64,000 nt of DNA from positions 31,386 to 95,385 of IMG/VR virus record IMGVR_UViG_3300032286_000925, one strand, 5' to 3'. The notes under the pieces were generated by a model. It was not told where the DNA came from. It searched no databases and saw only the letters and a list, made by a program, of their open reading frames with translations. Position 1 is the first letter of the stretch. The number at the start of each line of letters is the position of its first letter. Shown one piece after another: positions 17,938 through 24,890 of the stretch. Source of the DNA: a virus. Position numbers and translations under genes: made by a program.

Positions 17938-18220
17938 TGTTCCCCTCTTCCTTGTTCAACACTATCAGTTCCGATTGCTTATACCAAGCACTGGATAAAT
18001 ATAACTTTTCGGGCCCAGTAAGGGCATCAAATGCCATCTGATCCATACCAAACAAAGCAGACCTAAACATATGCACTAAGAGTATCTTTTTATCCTCTTC
18101 TAGAGCATTTTGATACCTATCTTGATTAGTAGTGCTAAGGCTAAAGAAGTTAGTGCAATCAAGAGTTTTACCTTTATACTTCATTCTCACTCTAGTAAAC
18201 AACATCTGGCTCCTCACCAT
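17927..18220 (-). CDS. Small protein ending EEGNIVY (true start probably later)
   Basis: ORF track; shared C-terminal motif. Confidence 0.65.
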   Translation of the reverse strand: MVRSQMLFTRVRMKYKGKTLDCTNFFSLSTTNQDRYQNALEEDKKILLVHMFRSALFGMDQMAFDALTGPEKLYLSSAWYKQSELIVLNKEEGNIVY

Positions 18221-18374
18221 CCCAAAGACTCGGTCTTATCCCAGCCTTCTTAACTTCATCCAAAAACGTATTCAAATGCTCTAAGCTACAAAAATCTCCC
18301 CAATGCGTAGTTGGGTACTTAGGCATATTACTGGCAATAGTTTCGCCACATTCGTTGCAAATAGGTTCTTTCAT
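18192..18374 (-). CDS. Treble-clef-like Zn-finger protein ending EEPDVVY
   Basis: CNEC...FCSLEH; leaderless start. Confidence 0.7.
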   Translation of the reverse strand: MKEPICNECGETIASNMPKYPTTHWGDFCSLEHLNTFLDEVKKAGIRPSLWDGEEPDVVY

Positions 18375-18409
18375 ACTCTAACCTTACCGACGTCGACGAC
18401 ATTTGTCAA
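18375..18409 (-). promoter_or_regulatory. Sigma-A type promoter for a leaderless mRNA
   Basis: TTGACA-17-TAAGGT-6-ATG with the same spacer motif as 15218-15252. Confidence 0.8.
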
Positions 18410-18413
18410 CTTC

Positions 18414-18608
18414 TTAATAGACAATATCTTCTTCTTCTGCATTATCAAAAGCTAGCTCACACTGCCCGGAACAGACAGCCACAGTGTCCTCTGGAAAAGT
18501 GTCCCAATCGTACTCAGACAACCACCTAGCACAGAACCCACAGCGAATCCGCTTAATGTCCCAACTAAGGTCTTTGCTAACAAAACTCTTTCTAGTTCTA
18601 CGAAACAT
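18414..18608 (-). CDS. Treble-clef-like Zn-finger protein ending EEEDIVY
   Basis: CGFC...VCSGQC; shared C-terminal motif. Confidence 0.65.
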   Translation of the reverse strand: MFRRTRKSFVSKDLSWDIKRIRCGFCARWLSEYDWDTFPEDTVAVCSGQCELAFDNAEEEDIVY

Positions 18609-18717
18609 TTTTAATCTTTCTTTGAGCTCTTTTAGCCTGTTCGTACAGACGCTTCTTTTGCATCTGGCGATTGAAGCGAATCTCTTTCATGAGTTTTTCA
18701 TATTCTTCATTTGTCAT
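18598..18717 (-). CDS. Small basic protein (39 aa, MTNEEYEKLMKEIRFNRQ...)
   Basis: Manual translation; fills the gap between the tRNA and the next gene. Confidence 0.45.
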   Translation of the reverse strand: MTNEEYEKLMKEIRFNRQMQKKRLYEQAKRAQRKIKNVS

Positions 18718-18740
18718 TTGTCATTCTTTCTTTATGGACG

Positions 18741-18814
18741 TCGAGGATGTCGGACTTGAACCGACGACCGAACGATTATGAGTCGTTTGCTCTAACCTGC
18801 TGAGCTAATCCTCG
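18741..18814 (-). tRNA. tRNA with CAT anticodon (elongator Met or Ile2)
   Basis: CGAGGAT/ATCCTCG acceptor, AACGA-CTCATAA-TCGTT anticodon arm, GGTTCAAGTCC T arm; CCA not encoded. Confidence 0.92.
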
Positions 18815-19152
18815 CTTATAAGCCACTCTATCAGTTCTGGATTATCTCGCATAACCATAATCAACGAGTTCTCCCATACACCAATAAAATAATGCTCCCA
18901 AGCTTCAAAATCATCCGATTTCTTTGGCTTGACAGAGTTATCAAAAATCATCCTAGCTGCGTGGAGGACTTCGTGCATAACAGTCACTTTCTTCTTGCTT
19001 ACATGCATCTGAGAGTCTATCACGATGATATTCTGTGTGTCAATAGTATAACCATAACTACCGTCATTTAACATACCATCTTGCTTTTGGGTACGCTCGA
19101 TGATCTCGAAGACTTGCACTCCGATTTTAACGCTTTTAGGGAACTCAGCCAT
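18805..19152 (-). CDS. Zincin-like HExxH metallopeptidase domain protein
   Basis: VMHEVLHA; GGAGG RBS. Confidence 0.75.
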   Translation of the reverse strand: MAEFPKSVKIGVQVFEIIERTQKQDGMLNDGSYGYTIDTQNIIVIDSQMHVSKKKVTVMHEVLHAARMIFDNSVKPKKSDDFEAWEHYFIGVWENSLIMVMRDNPELIEWLISED

Positions 19153-19202
19153 TTCTCCTCCACCTACATTTTACTACAGGTAAACACAGGGCACAATGAA
19201 GG

Positions 19203-19278
19203 AGTTATATAATAATGTATCACTTTTGTACACACATATTTTAGAGGGGGCGTATAACTTTAAAACTAAGTTTATACA
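19203..19278 (-). promoter_or_regulatory. res-like bipartite site A (inverted copy of 34201-34279)
   Basis: 30-bp element 29/30 identical to the reverse complement of 34250-34279, plus a 28-bp imperfect palindrome. Confidence 0.7.
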
Positions 19279-19285
19279 AGATTTT

Positions 19286-19534
19286 TTAGAAAACCTGGTC
19301 TTTATCCAGTAGATTGATTAAATCAGTTGCTGTAAGAAAAACTTCATCAAATACTAGATTTCCCTCAGAATCTAAGTGCTGGAGACTATTCTCCAAGATT
19401 AGTTGCTTAATCCTGTCTCTCTCAAACCTGATGCCTATTTCAGCTCCAGCCATCATTCCATTATCAAAAGCTTCTTCAGTCGACCACCAAAAAAGCCAAC
19501 CTATAAACTTTTTAACTAAATAATTAGACTTCAT
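19286..19534 (-). CDS. ERxRI-motif hypothetical protein
   Basis: GIRFERDRIKQLI; likely start MKSNYL. Confidence 0.55.
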   Translation of the reverse strand: MKSNYLVKKFIGWLFWWSTEEAFDNGMMAGAEIGIRFERDRIKQLILENSLQHLDSEGNLVFDEVFLTATDLINLLDKDQVF

Positions 19535-20078
19535 TTCCCCAAACATCCCAGCCACTCATCGGCCTACGAGCAAACATTTCAAGTTTTGATTGGTCTGGGT
19601 ACAGACGCTCAATCCTTCGGTGGATTTCGTCTGGCTTCCTCGAGTGCTCCATCTTTGCAGCAAGAACCACATGGGGAACACCCTCGTCCGCAAGGGGTAG
19701 GGGTCGGCCCTTGGTAACGTTTGAAGCAACAATAACAAACTCCGTTGTCGGTTTTACGATGCTCGGGCGGACGCCTTGCGCGCCGATTGGAGTTAGGCCG
19801 TCCTTGCGAGTCTTCACCCATGTAAATGCAACTCCTCTATATGTAAGTCCCCATGCTCGGAGAAGATCGATGGCAAAGTCCAGACGAGGTGAAGTTACCC
19901 ACATGAATACAACGCCCGGCTTGTTTAAGACACTTTGTATATCCATCGCTATCAAATCTTCATCTGACATGGTTGGGTAGAACTTTGCAGCGGCACCCAT
20001 TTTGTCCTGAGCACCATAGTAAGACCATGGCGGATCCATCAGGATAACGTCATACTTCTTATCTGGAAGTGATGTCAT
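19524..20078 (-). CDS. MT-A70 family N6-adenine methyltransferase
   Basis: DPPW, FTWVK, EHSRKP, LEMFAR..GWDVWGNE. Confidence 0.92.
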   Translation of the reverse strand: MTSLPDKKYDVILMDPPWSYYGAQDKMGAAAKFYPTMSDEDLIAMDIQSVLNKPGVVFMWVTSPRLDFAIDLLRAWGLTYRGVAFTWVKTRKDGLTPIGAQGVRPSIVKPTTEFVIVASNVTKGRPLPLADEGVPHVVLAAKMEHSRKPDEIHRRIERLYPDQSKLEMFARRPMSGWDVWGNEV

Positions 20079-20148
20079 GTTGTATTTTTTGTCTCCGTAA
20101 TAAGGGGGATTATAGAGACAGTCTACACCACATATTGATAATTAATTT

Positions 20149-20278
20149 GGAAGACCTAGTACTGACTTTCCCCAAGTTTGGACCTTGGTTCCAGAGGTTC
20201 CCACTTACATTTCTGTAAGTCGTCTCAAGCATTTCTGCTCTGCTGGTTGGTCTTGTGGACTCAGCAGTAAAGAGCCTA
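20149..20278 (-). ncRNA. Unassigned structured RNA with two CAGAAAUG-capped hairpins
   Basis: AGCAGAAATGCT and ACTTACAGAAATGTAAGT hairpins; AAGACC/GGTCTT long-range complement; non-coding. Confidence 0.5.
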
Positions 20279-20283
20279 TAGAG

Positions 20284-20356
20284 TGACCCTGTAGGAGTCG
20301 AACCTACGACCTGTGCGATCTAATTGCACCGCTCTTGCCAACTGAGCTAAGGGGCC
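20284..20356 (-). tRNA. Atypical tRNA: apparent UAG (Leu) anticodon on a short-variable-loop body
   Basis: GGCCCCT/AGGGTC-A acceptor, canonical D and T arms, anticodon arm GTGCA-ATTAGAT-CGCAC. Confidence 0.75.
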
Positions 20357-20413
20357 AACCAGATGCGCTCTGGCGGGCGGTCTACATTTTCTTGCGACGG
20401 CGAAACACACCAG

Positions 20414-20484
20414 TGGACTGTGTAGATTTGCACTACCGACTACTACTTCCGCGTCGACTCGTAGCACCTTGGCTACGCCAGTCC
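20414..20484 (-). ncRNA. tRNA-like RNA 1 (no anticodon loop)
   Basis: GGACTG/CAGTCC-A, CGTAGC/GCTACG arm, GGAA-capped arm, GTAG-TGCAAAT-CTAC T arm. Confidence 0.6.
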
Positions 20485-20542
20485 TTAGAGATTCCGTTGC
20501 CTAGGACGGGTAGACCGCTTTACGCTCTTTTGTCTACAAGCG

Positions 20543-20625
20543 TGGACTGCGAGGAATCGCACCTCGGAAACTCCTTACGAAGCACCTCTAGCTAATTTAT
20601 CCATGGTAGTCAATTAGCACAGCCC
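20543..20625 (-). ncRNA. tRNA-like RNA 2 (no anticodon loop, G3-U70)
   Basis: GGGCTG/CAGTCC-A, GCTAATT/AATTAGC arm, GTAA-capped arm, CGAGG-TGCGATT-CCTCG T arm. Confidence 0.65.
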
Positions 20626-20762
20626 TAATCAGTAAGTCCCGTAGGAAGGCTACTTCGCCCAGTAATCTGGGTATTCCCGGGTGCGGTTTACTGAGTTGCA
20701 ACTACTCCCAAAGACGAAACAGTGGGCGGAGTTATCTACGCCTAGTTGCCATAACGTAGCAG

Positions 20763-21105
20763 TGGAGATGCGGGGAATCGAACCCCGGTCCAGTTAAGGA
20801 TCTATTGTTCTTCTACAAGCTTAGGTAGTTTATGTTACGGCTTAGATGTGTGACCTACCAGACCATCTAGTCGTTACCACTCTTTAAAGTCTTGTGGGAG
20901 AGACTTTTGTTTTGTCCTACTTATTTAAAACCTGACTGCCCACCTAGAACTAGTGCTTTGTCAGGGGCCTAAGCGTTGCGATTAAATCACGCGGCTAGAG
21001 CGTATGCAGATGTATTAGCATTTATTGTTTTGACAGATTCAAGAGATACTGTCATCTCTGCTTGCTTCACCAATTTCAGAATAACTGTCGAAACCAGTCA
21101 TCCCC
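20763..21105 (-). ncRNA. ssrA: tmRNA; tag peptide ANTSAYALAA (21019-20987)
   Basis: 5' GGGGATGACTGGTTTCGAC, 3' GGACCGGGGTTCGATTCCCCGCATCTCCA, G3-U70, ATAAAT-GCT resume context. Confidence 0.97.
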
Positions 21106-21135
21106 TCAATATTTAGTTATAAGTAAATTATAAGG

Positions 21136-21270
21136 CTAATCTACCTTGTTTACAAGCTTACGCTTGATTTTATCAAAAATCTTAGGACGTTTTTTAGACG
21201 CCTTACCATTCTGTCTTCCAGAACTTTTTACTTCCGAGACTGGCTTTCCGCCAGGCTTACCTTTTGCCAT
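21136..21270 (-). CDS. 44-aa Lys/Arg-rich protein
   Basis: AAAGGAG RBS; MAKGKPGGKPVSEVKSSGRQNGKASKKRPKIFDKIKRKLVNKVD. Confidence 0.65.
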   Translation of the reverse strand: MAKGKPGGKPVSEVKSSGRQNGKASKKRPKIFDKIKRKLVNKVD

Positions 21271-21374
21271 TTAATCTCCTTTGTTGAATATAAATATATT
21301 AGCAGATAATTTTGTGTTGCGCAACTCAATATAATTCATTATAATGGAACTACGTCTAAACATAAGGAGACAAA

Positions 21375-21848
21375 ATGACAACTAATCTGGTAGAAGAATA
21401 CTCAGAAAAAATAGAGCCACTATTAGAGCTGGCAAAGAAAGCCTACGGCTCTAGAAGCACTGCATCCCCACAACATGACGCATCTAGAAAGTACACCGAT
21501 TTGCTGGTCGAGTATTATGGCAAAGGCGGAAGCTTGTTAGATTTAGCTAGCAAACTAAAAGTAACTTATGCAGGCATGCGTAGAAGAATTATTACCTCTG
21601 AACTTCCATCTACAAAAAAGAGAACTAGAAGTAAAGCTACCGTAGTAGATGTTTCTACCGCTGCCGAGATGTTAAAAACACTCCAACAAACAGGACATAC
21701 AGAAGAATATCACAACGCTGTTTATAGAGTGTATGAAGAGCAAGGTATATCCTTAGGTAAGTTAGCAAAAGCAATGGGACTAAGTTCATCAAACCCTCTC
21801 TACTATGCAGTAGCTAAAGCTAGAATAGCAAAATCTGAACTAGTTTAA
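21375..21848 (+). CDS. Tandem HTH DNA-binding protein
   Basis: GGSLLDLASKLKVTYAGMRRRI and GISLGKLAKAMGLSSSNPLYY; AAGGAG RBS. Confidence 0.7.
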   Translation: MTTNLVEEYSEKIEPLLELAKKAYGSRSTASPQHDASRKYTDLLVEYYGKGGSLLDLASKLKVTYAGMRRRIITSELPSTKKRTRSKATVVDVSTAAEMLKTLQQTGHTEEYHNAVYRVYEEQGISLGKLAKAMGLSSSNPLYYAVAKARIAKSELV

Positions 21849-21854
21849 GGTTAA

Positions 21855-21891
21855 TAAAAAAGCCCCTGATTTCTCAGGGGCCTTTTTATTT
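21855..21891. terminator. Bidirectional terminator
   Basis: AAAAAAGCCCCTGA...TCAGGGGCCTTTTT. Confidence 0.85.
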
Positions 21892-21897
21892 ATTCAG

Positions 21898-22167
21898 TTA
21901 TTCGCCTTTAGATGTTTTTTTGGTTTCAGCCAAAGCTGCCTCAGCTGAACTAGCAAACGCAATGTTAATTTCATCAGAGTCTAGTTTGCCATCTACAACA
22001 TAAGCACGAGCCAAAGACTCCGCAACTTCCATGATTCCAACAAAAGCAGCAATCAAAGCGGACTTCCATAGCTCGACGCCACCAATAGAACCAGCCGCTA
22101 AAACGGCACTGACTTTTAGAATTACAAGAGCAATTGTTCTTTTAAAGATTGTTAATACGAGTTTCAT
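21898..22167 (-). CDS. Holin-like membrane protein, paralogue of 11113..11409
   Basis: Same layout, DGKLDSDEINIAF. Confidence 0.65.
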   Translation of the reverse strand: MKLVLTIFKRTIALVILKVSAVLAAGSIGGVELWKSALIAAFVGIMEVAESLARAYVVDGKLDSDEINIAFASSAEAALAETKKTSKGE

Positions 22168-22224
22168 AATTTCTTCCAGGAGTAGGTAGGTTAATGCTTC
22201 TCTCTCCCAAGAACTACTTCAATT

Positions 22225-22551
22225 CTACCGCTTTATTCTAACTTCTATTTGACTAAGGGTAGTTCCCGATTTAATAGCTCTTCTAATGGATTTTCTCTCG
22301 GAGTCCGTGGTCCCACCCCAAATACCCATCTCATTGTTCTCAACAGCATAAACTAGACAGCGCATCATATAAGGACACTCTCTACATACAGCTTTTGCAC
22401 CGGCTTCATTATAATACTTGCTAGTCCCAGCTCCACCAGCAAAATCATTTAAATCCACTGGATAAAATGCATCAGGGTCAACTTCAGCGCAAGGCGCTAC
22501 ACCAAACTCACCAAAATCGGGGTAGTTCTCTATATTTAAATTAAAAATCAT
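22225..22551 (-). CDS. whiB: WhiB family Fe-S transcription factor
   Basis: C..DPDAFYP...AKAVCRECP....C...GIWGG. Confidence 0.92.
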   Translation of the reverse strand: MIFNLNIENYPDFGEFGVAPCAEVDPDAFYPVDLNDFAGGAGTSKYYNEAGAKAVCRECPYMMRCLVYAVENNEMGIWGGTTDSERKSIRRAIKSGTTLSQIEVRIKR

Positions 22552-22573
22552 TTGTCATTCCGTATCTATTTAA

Positions 22574-22771
22574 TTATCCTCTTTTAGCACTAAAACCTAT
22601 ACCATTAAAAATAATAGGTGGAGCACCAAAGATCCTTAGTAGTTTACCACCACAGCCTTCAATTTTGCAAATTGGATCTTCCGGAGTGGGATCATTCATT
22701 AAACGAGTTTCCTCATATTCATGATTTTTATCTTCAGGGTGGTCAGAGCATTTGTATTGGTATGTAGGCAT
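22574..22771 (-). CDS. FmdB-like zinc-ribbon protein
   Basis: MPTYQYKC...C..CGG.L.RIF..P.IIFNG.GF. Confidence 0.8.
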   Translation of the reverse strand: MPTYQYKCSDHPEDKNHEYEETRLMNDPTPEDPICKIEGCGGKLLRIFGAPPIIFNGIGFSAKRG

Positions 22772-22776
22772 TTAAA

Positions 22777-24816
22777 TTACTTATCTTTAAGATTTTCAGT
22801 AATTAGCTTAACCTCACAGGCATCCGTAGTGCAGTAAGCGTCACCAATAGCCTCTAGACCCATACCTTGGTAAATTCCATCAAGAGAGATAGGGAATAGC
22901 TTTTCAGTTGCAGCTAAATACTCTTCCTCAGTGATTTGTGTGTACGGCATCTGAGGATAAGTCATGTTGCCTGAAGGCAAGAATGACACAGTCTTCAGCT
23001 GACCGTCGTACATATGCAGAACTGACTCGATGTGCTTTGACTCAGTCTCAGGGTCAAACGAGATGGTTACAGATACAGAGTTATCTGACCAATAACGCTG
23101 GGCTGTCGCAGCAAGTGCCATCTTTTCAAAGATAGTTACGTCGCGTTCTGCACGTTCCGCAAGAGACTTGATTGGGAAGTAGACAACAGTCGTGTGATCC
23201 GGATTAGATACGTCCGGCTCAACTGTGTAGTTAGCCATCTTGAATAACGCTAACATAGGGTCATCATTTCCAAAACGAATTGCACGGTTGAAGAACTTAC
23301 CTCCTGGGGTCCAGTGAACACCCGGGCTCTCACCGGCCAAGATAGATACAGTTCCTGATGGCTTTACAGTCGTGGTCTTGATTGACTCACGGATACCCAG
23401 CCACTCAGAATAAGTAACGTCATACTTCTTTACTACTGCGTATCCCTCGTCCATCCAAGTACGTAGCTCTGGTAGACCCTTACGGTCAGCAAAGTTAGCA
23501 ATACCAGACATGGAGGTTCCGATACGACGGTTTCTCTGCATGATTGCGTTGGTCTCTTCCCAGTGTGTAGGAAGAAGAGTTACGGTCTTAGCATAAAGGT
23601 AGGCAAACTTTAAAGTACGAAGATAGTCTTCCTTGCTTTCGTGGCGGTTCAGGTAAGTCTCAACAAGAGTACACATTTCGTAGCTCTCCAAAGACTGCTC
23701 TGCACAAGGGTTGTAGCCCATGATTCGGTGGTCCTTGTTGTTGATTGGGTCACCTAGACGACCATATGCCTTCGAGACGTCTTCCCAGATAACGCCAGGT
23801 TCACCGTTAAGAATGATTCCATCCACAATTTTTGAGAAATCAGTTCCAACGTTTACCATGACGGAGTTGTTTGACATCCAACCCCAACCAGGGTTCTCGG
23901 AGTCATAAGAGTTACGCTCAGGGAACTTTTCAGCGTTCTTTAGGTTTAGGAAGTTGTCATCATCAATGCGACCAATCAACAACTCAGCAGAACGACGAAC
24001 GTTACCAGATACAACACAACGGCCAATTAGGTTACCAATGTCAGCAATATCAATAGTAGTTAAAAGCTCACCAGCACGACCATTAAAAATATCACGAATT
24101 TTGTCGTGTAGTGCAATCAATGGGTCTGGACCAGATGCAGTACCACCAAAGGTAGCAATAGGAGTGCCATAAGGACGAATTTCGCTGTAGTCAAACTCTA
24201 GGCTTGCTTGCTCTGGCTTCAGGTATGAGTTGATTAGAGCAACAGTGCTCTCCTGCCAACCTTCACGAGTATCTGGAATAGCGTAGGTCTGAGTAGCACC
24301 CGGAGCATAAATCTCAAAGCTCTTGTCTGCACCCTTGTCGTCAAACCCAACGCCCACACCGAGCATCGATGCTTCCATAAGGAATGCGAATGGCTTACCT
24401 GGGTTCTGCTTGGTCATTTCCAAAGTAGATACAAAAGCACAGTTCTGTAAAGCAGCTGAGTTTTTCTGGACGTTTACGATGTTGGTTCCCATAACCCAAA
24501 GTCCACGCCCTGGAGGAGACCACTTTAGATTAAATAGAGAGTCAAAAAACTCTTTAGCCGAGGCGGCAGCCTTAGCGTCTGACCATGGCAAACGGTTCTG
24601 CTTAGCGTGGTCTTTTTGGATTGAGTATGTACCATTGGTAACACGCTCACAAACTTCAGCCCAAGTTTCCTTGGTGCCATCTTCTTTTTTGCGTGAGTAC
24701 GTGCGCAAGAATGTAATCTCGCCTACAGAGTTGCCAGCGGCATCTTTGTAACCAAAAGGGGATTCTTTTTGCTTGTACTCCGCTACGAACTCTTCATTTA
24801 GCTTAAATGAGAACAT
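22777..24816 (-). CDS. nrdJ: Class II (B12-dependent) monomeric ribonucleoside-triphosphate reductase
   Basis: RTYSR, PPGRGLW, NCAF, GNVRRSA, NPCAE, TVKPSGT, C-terminal CTTDAC. Confidence 0.95.
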   Translation of the reverse strand: MFSFKLNEEFVAEYKQKESPFGYKDAAGNSVGEITFLRTYSRKKEDGTKETWAEVCERVTNGTYSIQKDHAKQNRLPWSDAKAAASAKEFFDSLFNLKWSPPGRGLWVMGTNIVNVQKNSAALQNCAFVSTLEMTKQNPGKPFAFLMEASMLGVGVGFDDKGADKSFEIYAPGATQTYAIPDTREGWQESTVALINSYLKPEQASLEFDYSEIRPYGTPIATFGGTASGPDPLIALHDKIRDIFNGRAGELLTTIDIADIGNLIGRCVVSGNVRRSAELLIGRIDDDNFLNLKNAEKFPERNSYDSENPGWGWMSNNSVMVNVGTDFSKIVDGIILNGEPGVIWEDVSKAYGRLGDPINNKDHRIMGYNPCAEQSLESYEMCTLVETYLNRHESKEDYLRTLKFAYLYAKTVTLLPTHWEETNAIMQRNRRIGTSMSGIANFADRKGLPELRTWMDEGYAVVKKYDVTYSEWLGIRESIKTTTVKPSGTVSILAGESPGVHWTPGGKFFNRAIRFGNDDPMLALFKMANYTVEPDVSNPDHTTVVYFPIKSLAERAERDVTIFEKMALAATAQRYWSDNSVSVTISFDPETESKHIESVLHMYDGQLKTVSFLPSGNMTYPQMPYTQITEEEYLAATEKLFPISLDGIYQGMGLEAIGDAYCTTDACEVKLITENLKDK

Positions 24817-24890
24817 ATTTAGTTATACCTTCTTCTTTGGGGGAGTATTTAATGTTTTACTAGTATACCCCATATAAAGAATTGGGAGTA

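Noticed and set aside
20230-20270. Hammerhead or theta (HDV-like) ribozyme after the tRNA
   Set aside because: CUGCUGA deviates from CUGANGA and no GAAA follows stem II; I could not build the HDV nested pseudoknot by eye
20284-20356. Stop-codon suppressor tRNA / alternative genetic code
   Set aside because: Anticodon UAG reads CUA, not a stop; long genes are intact under code 11 and use all three stops
20276-20595. ORFs 20276..20467 (-) and 20335..20595 (+)
   Set aside because: They overlap the tRNA and structured RNAs and lack RBS or protein motifs
20149-20760. Canonical RNase P RNA
   Set aside because: GGGGAAAGUC lies at the 3' end of the island with no downstream ACAGAA-CGGCUUA region
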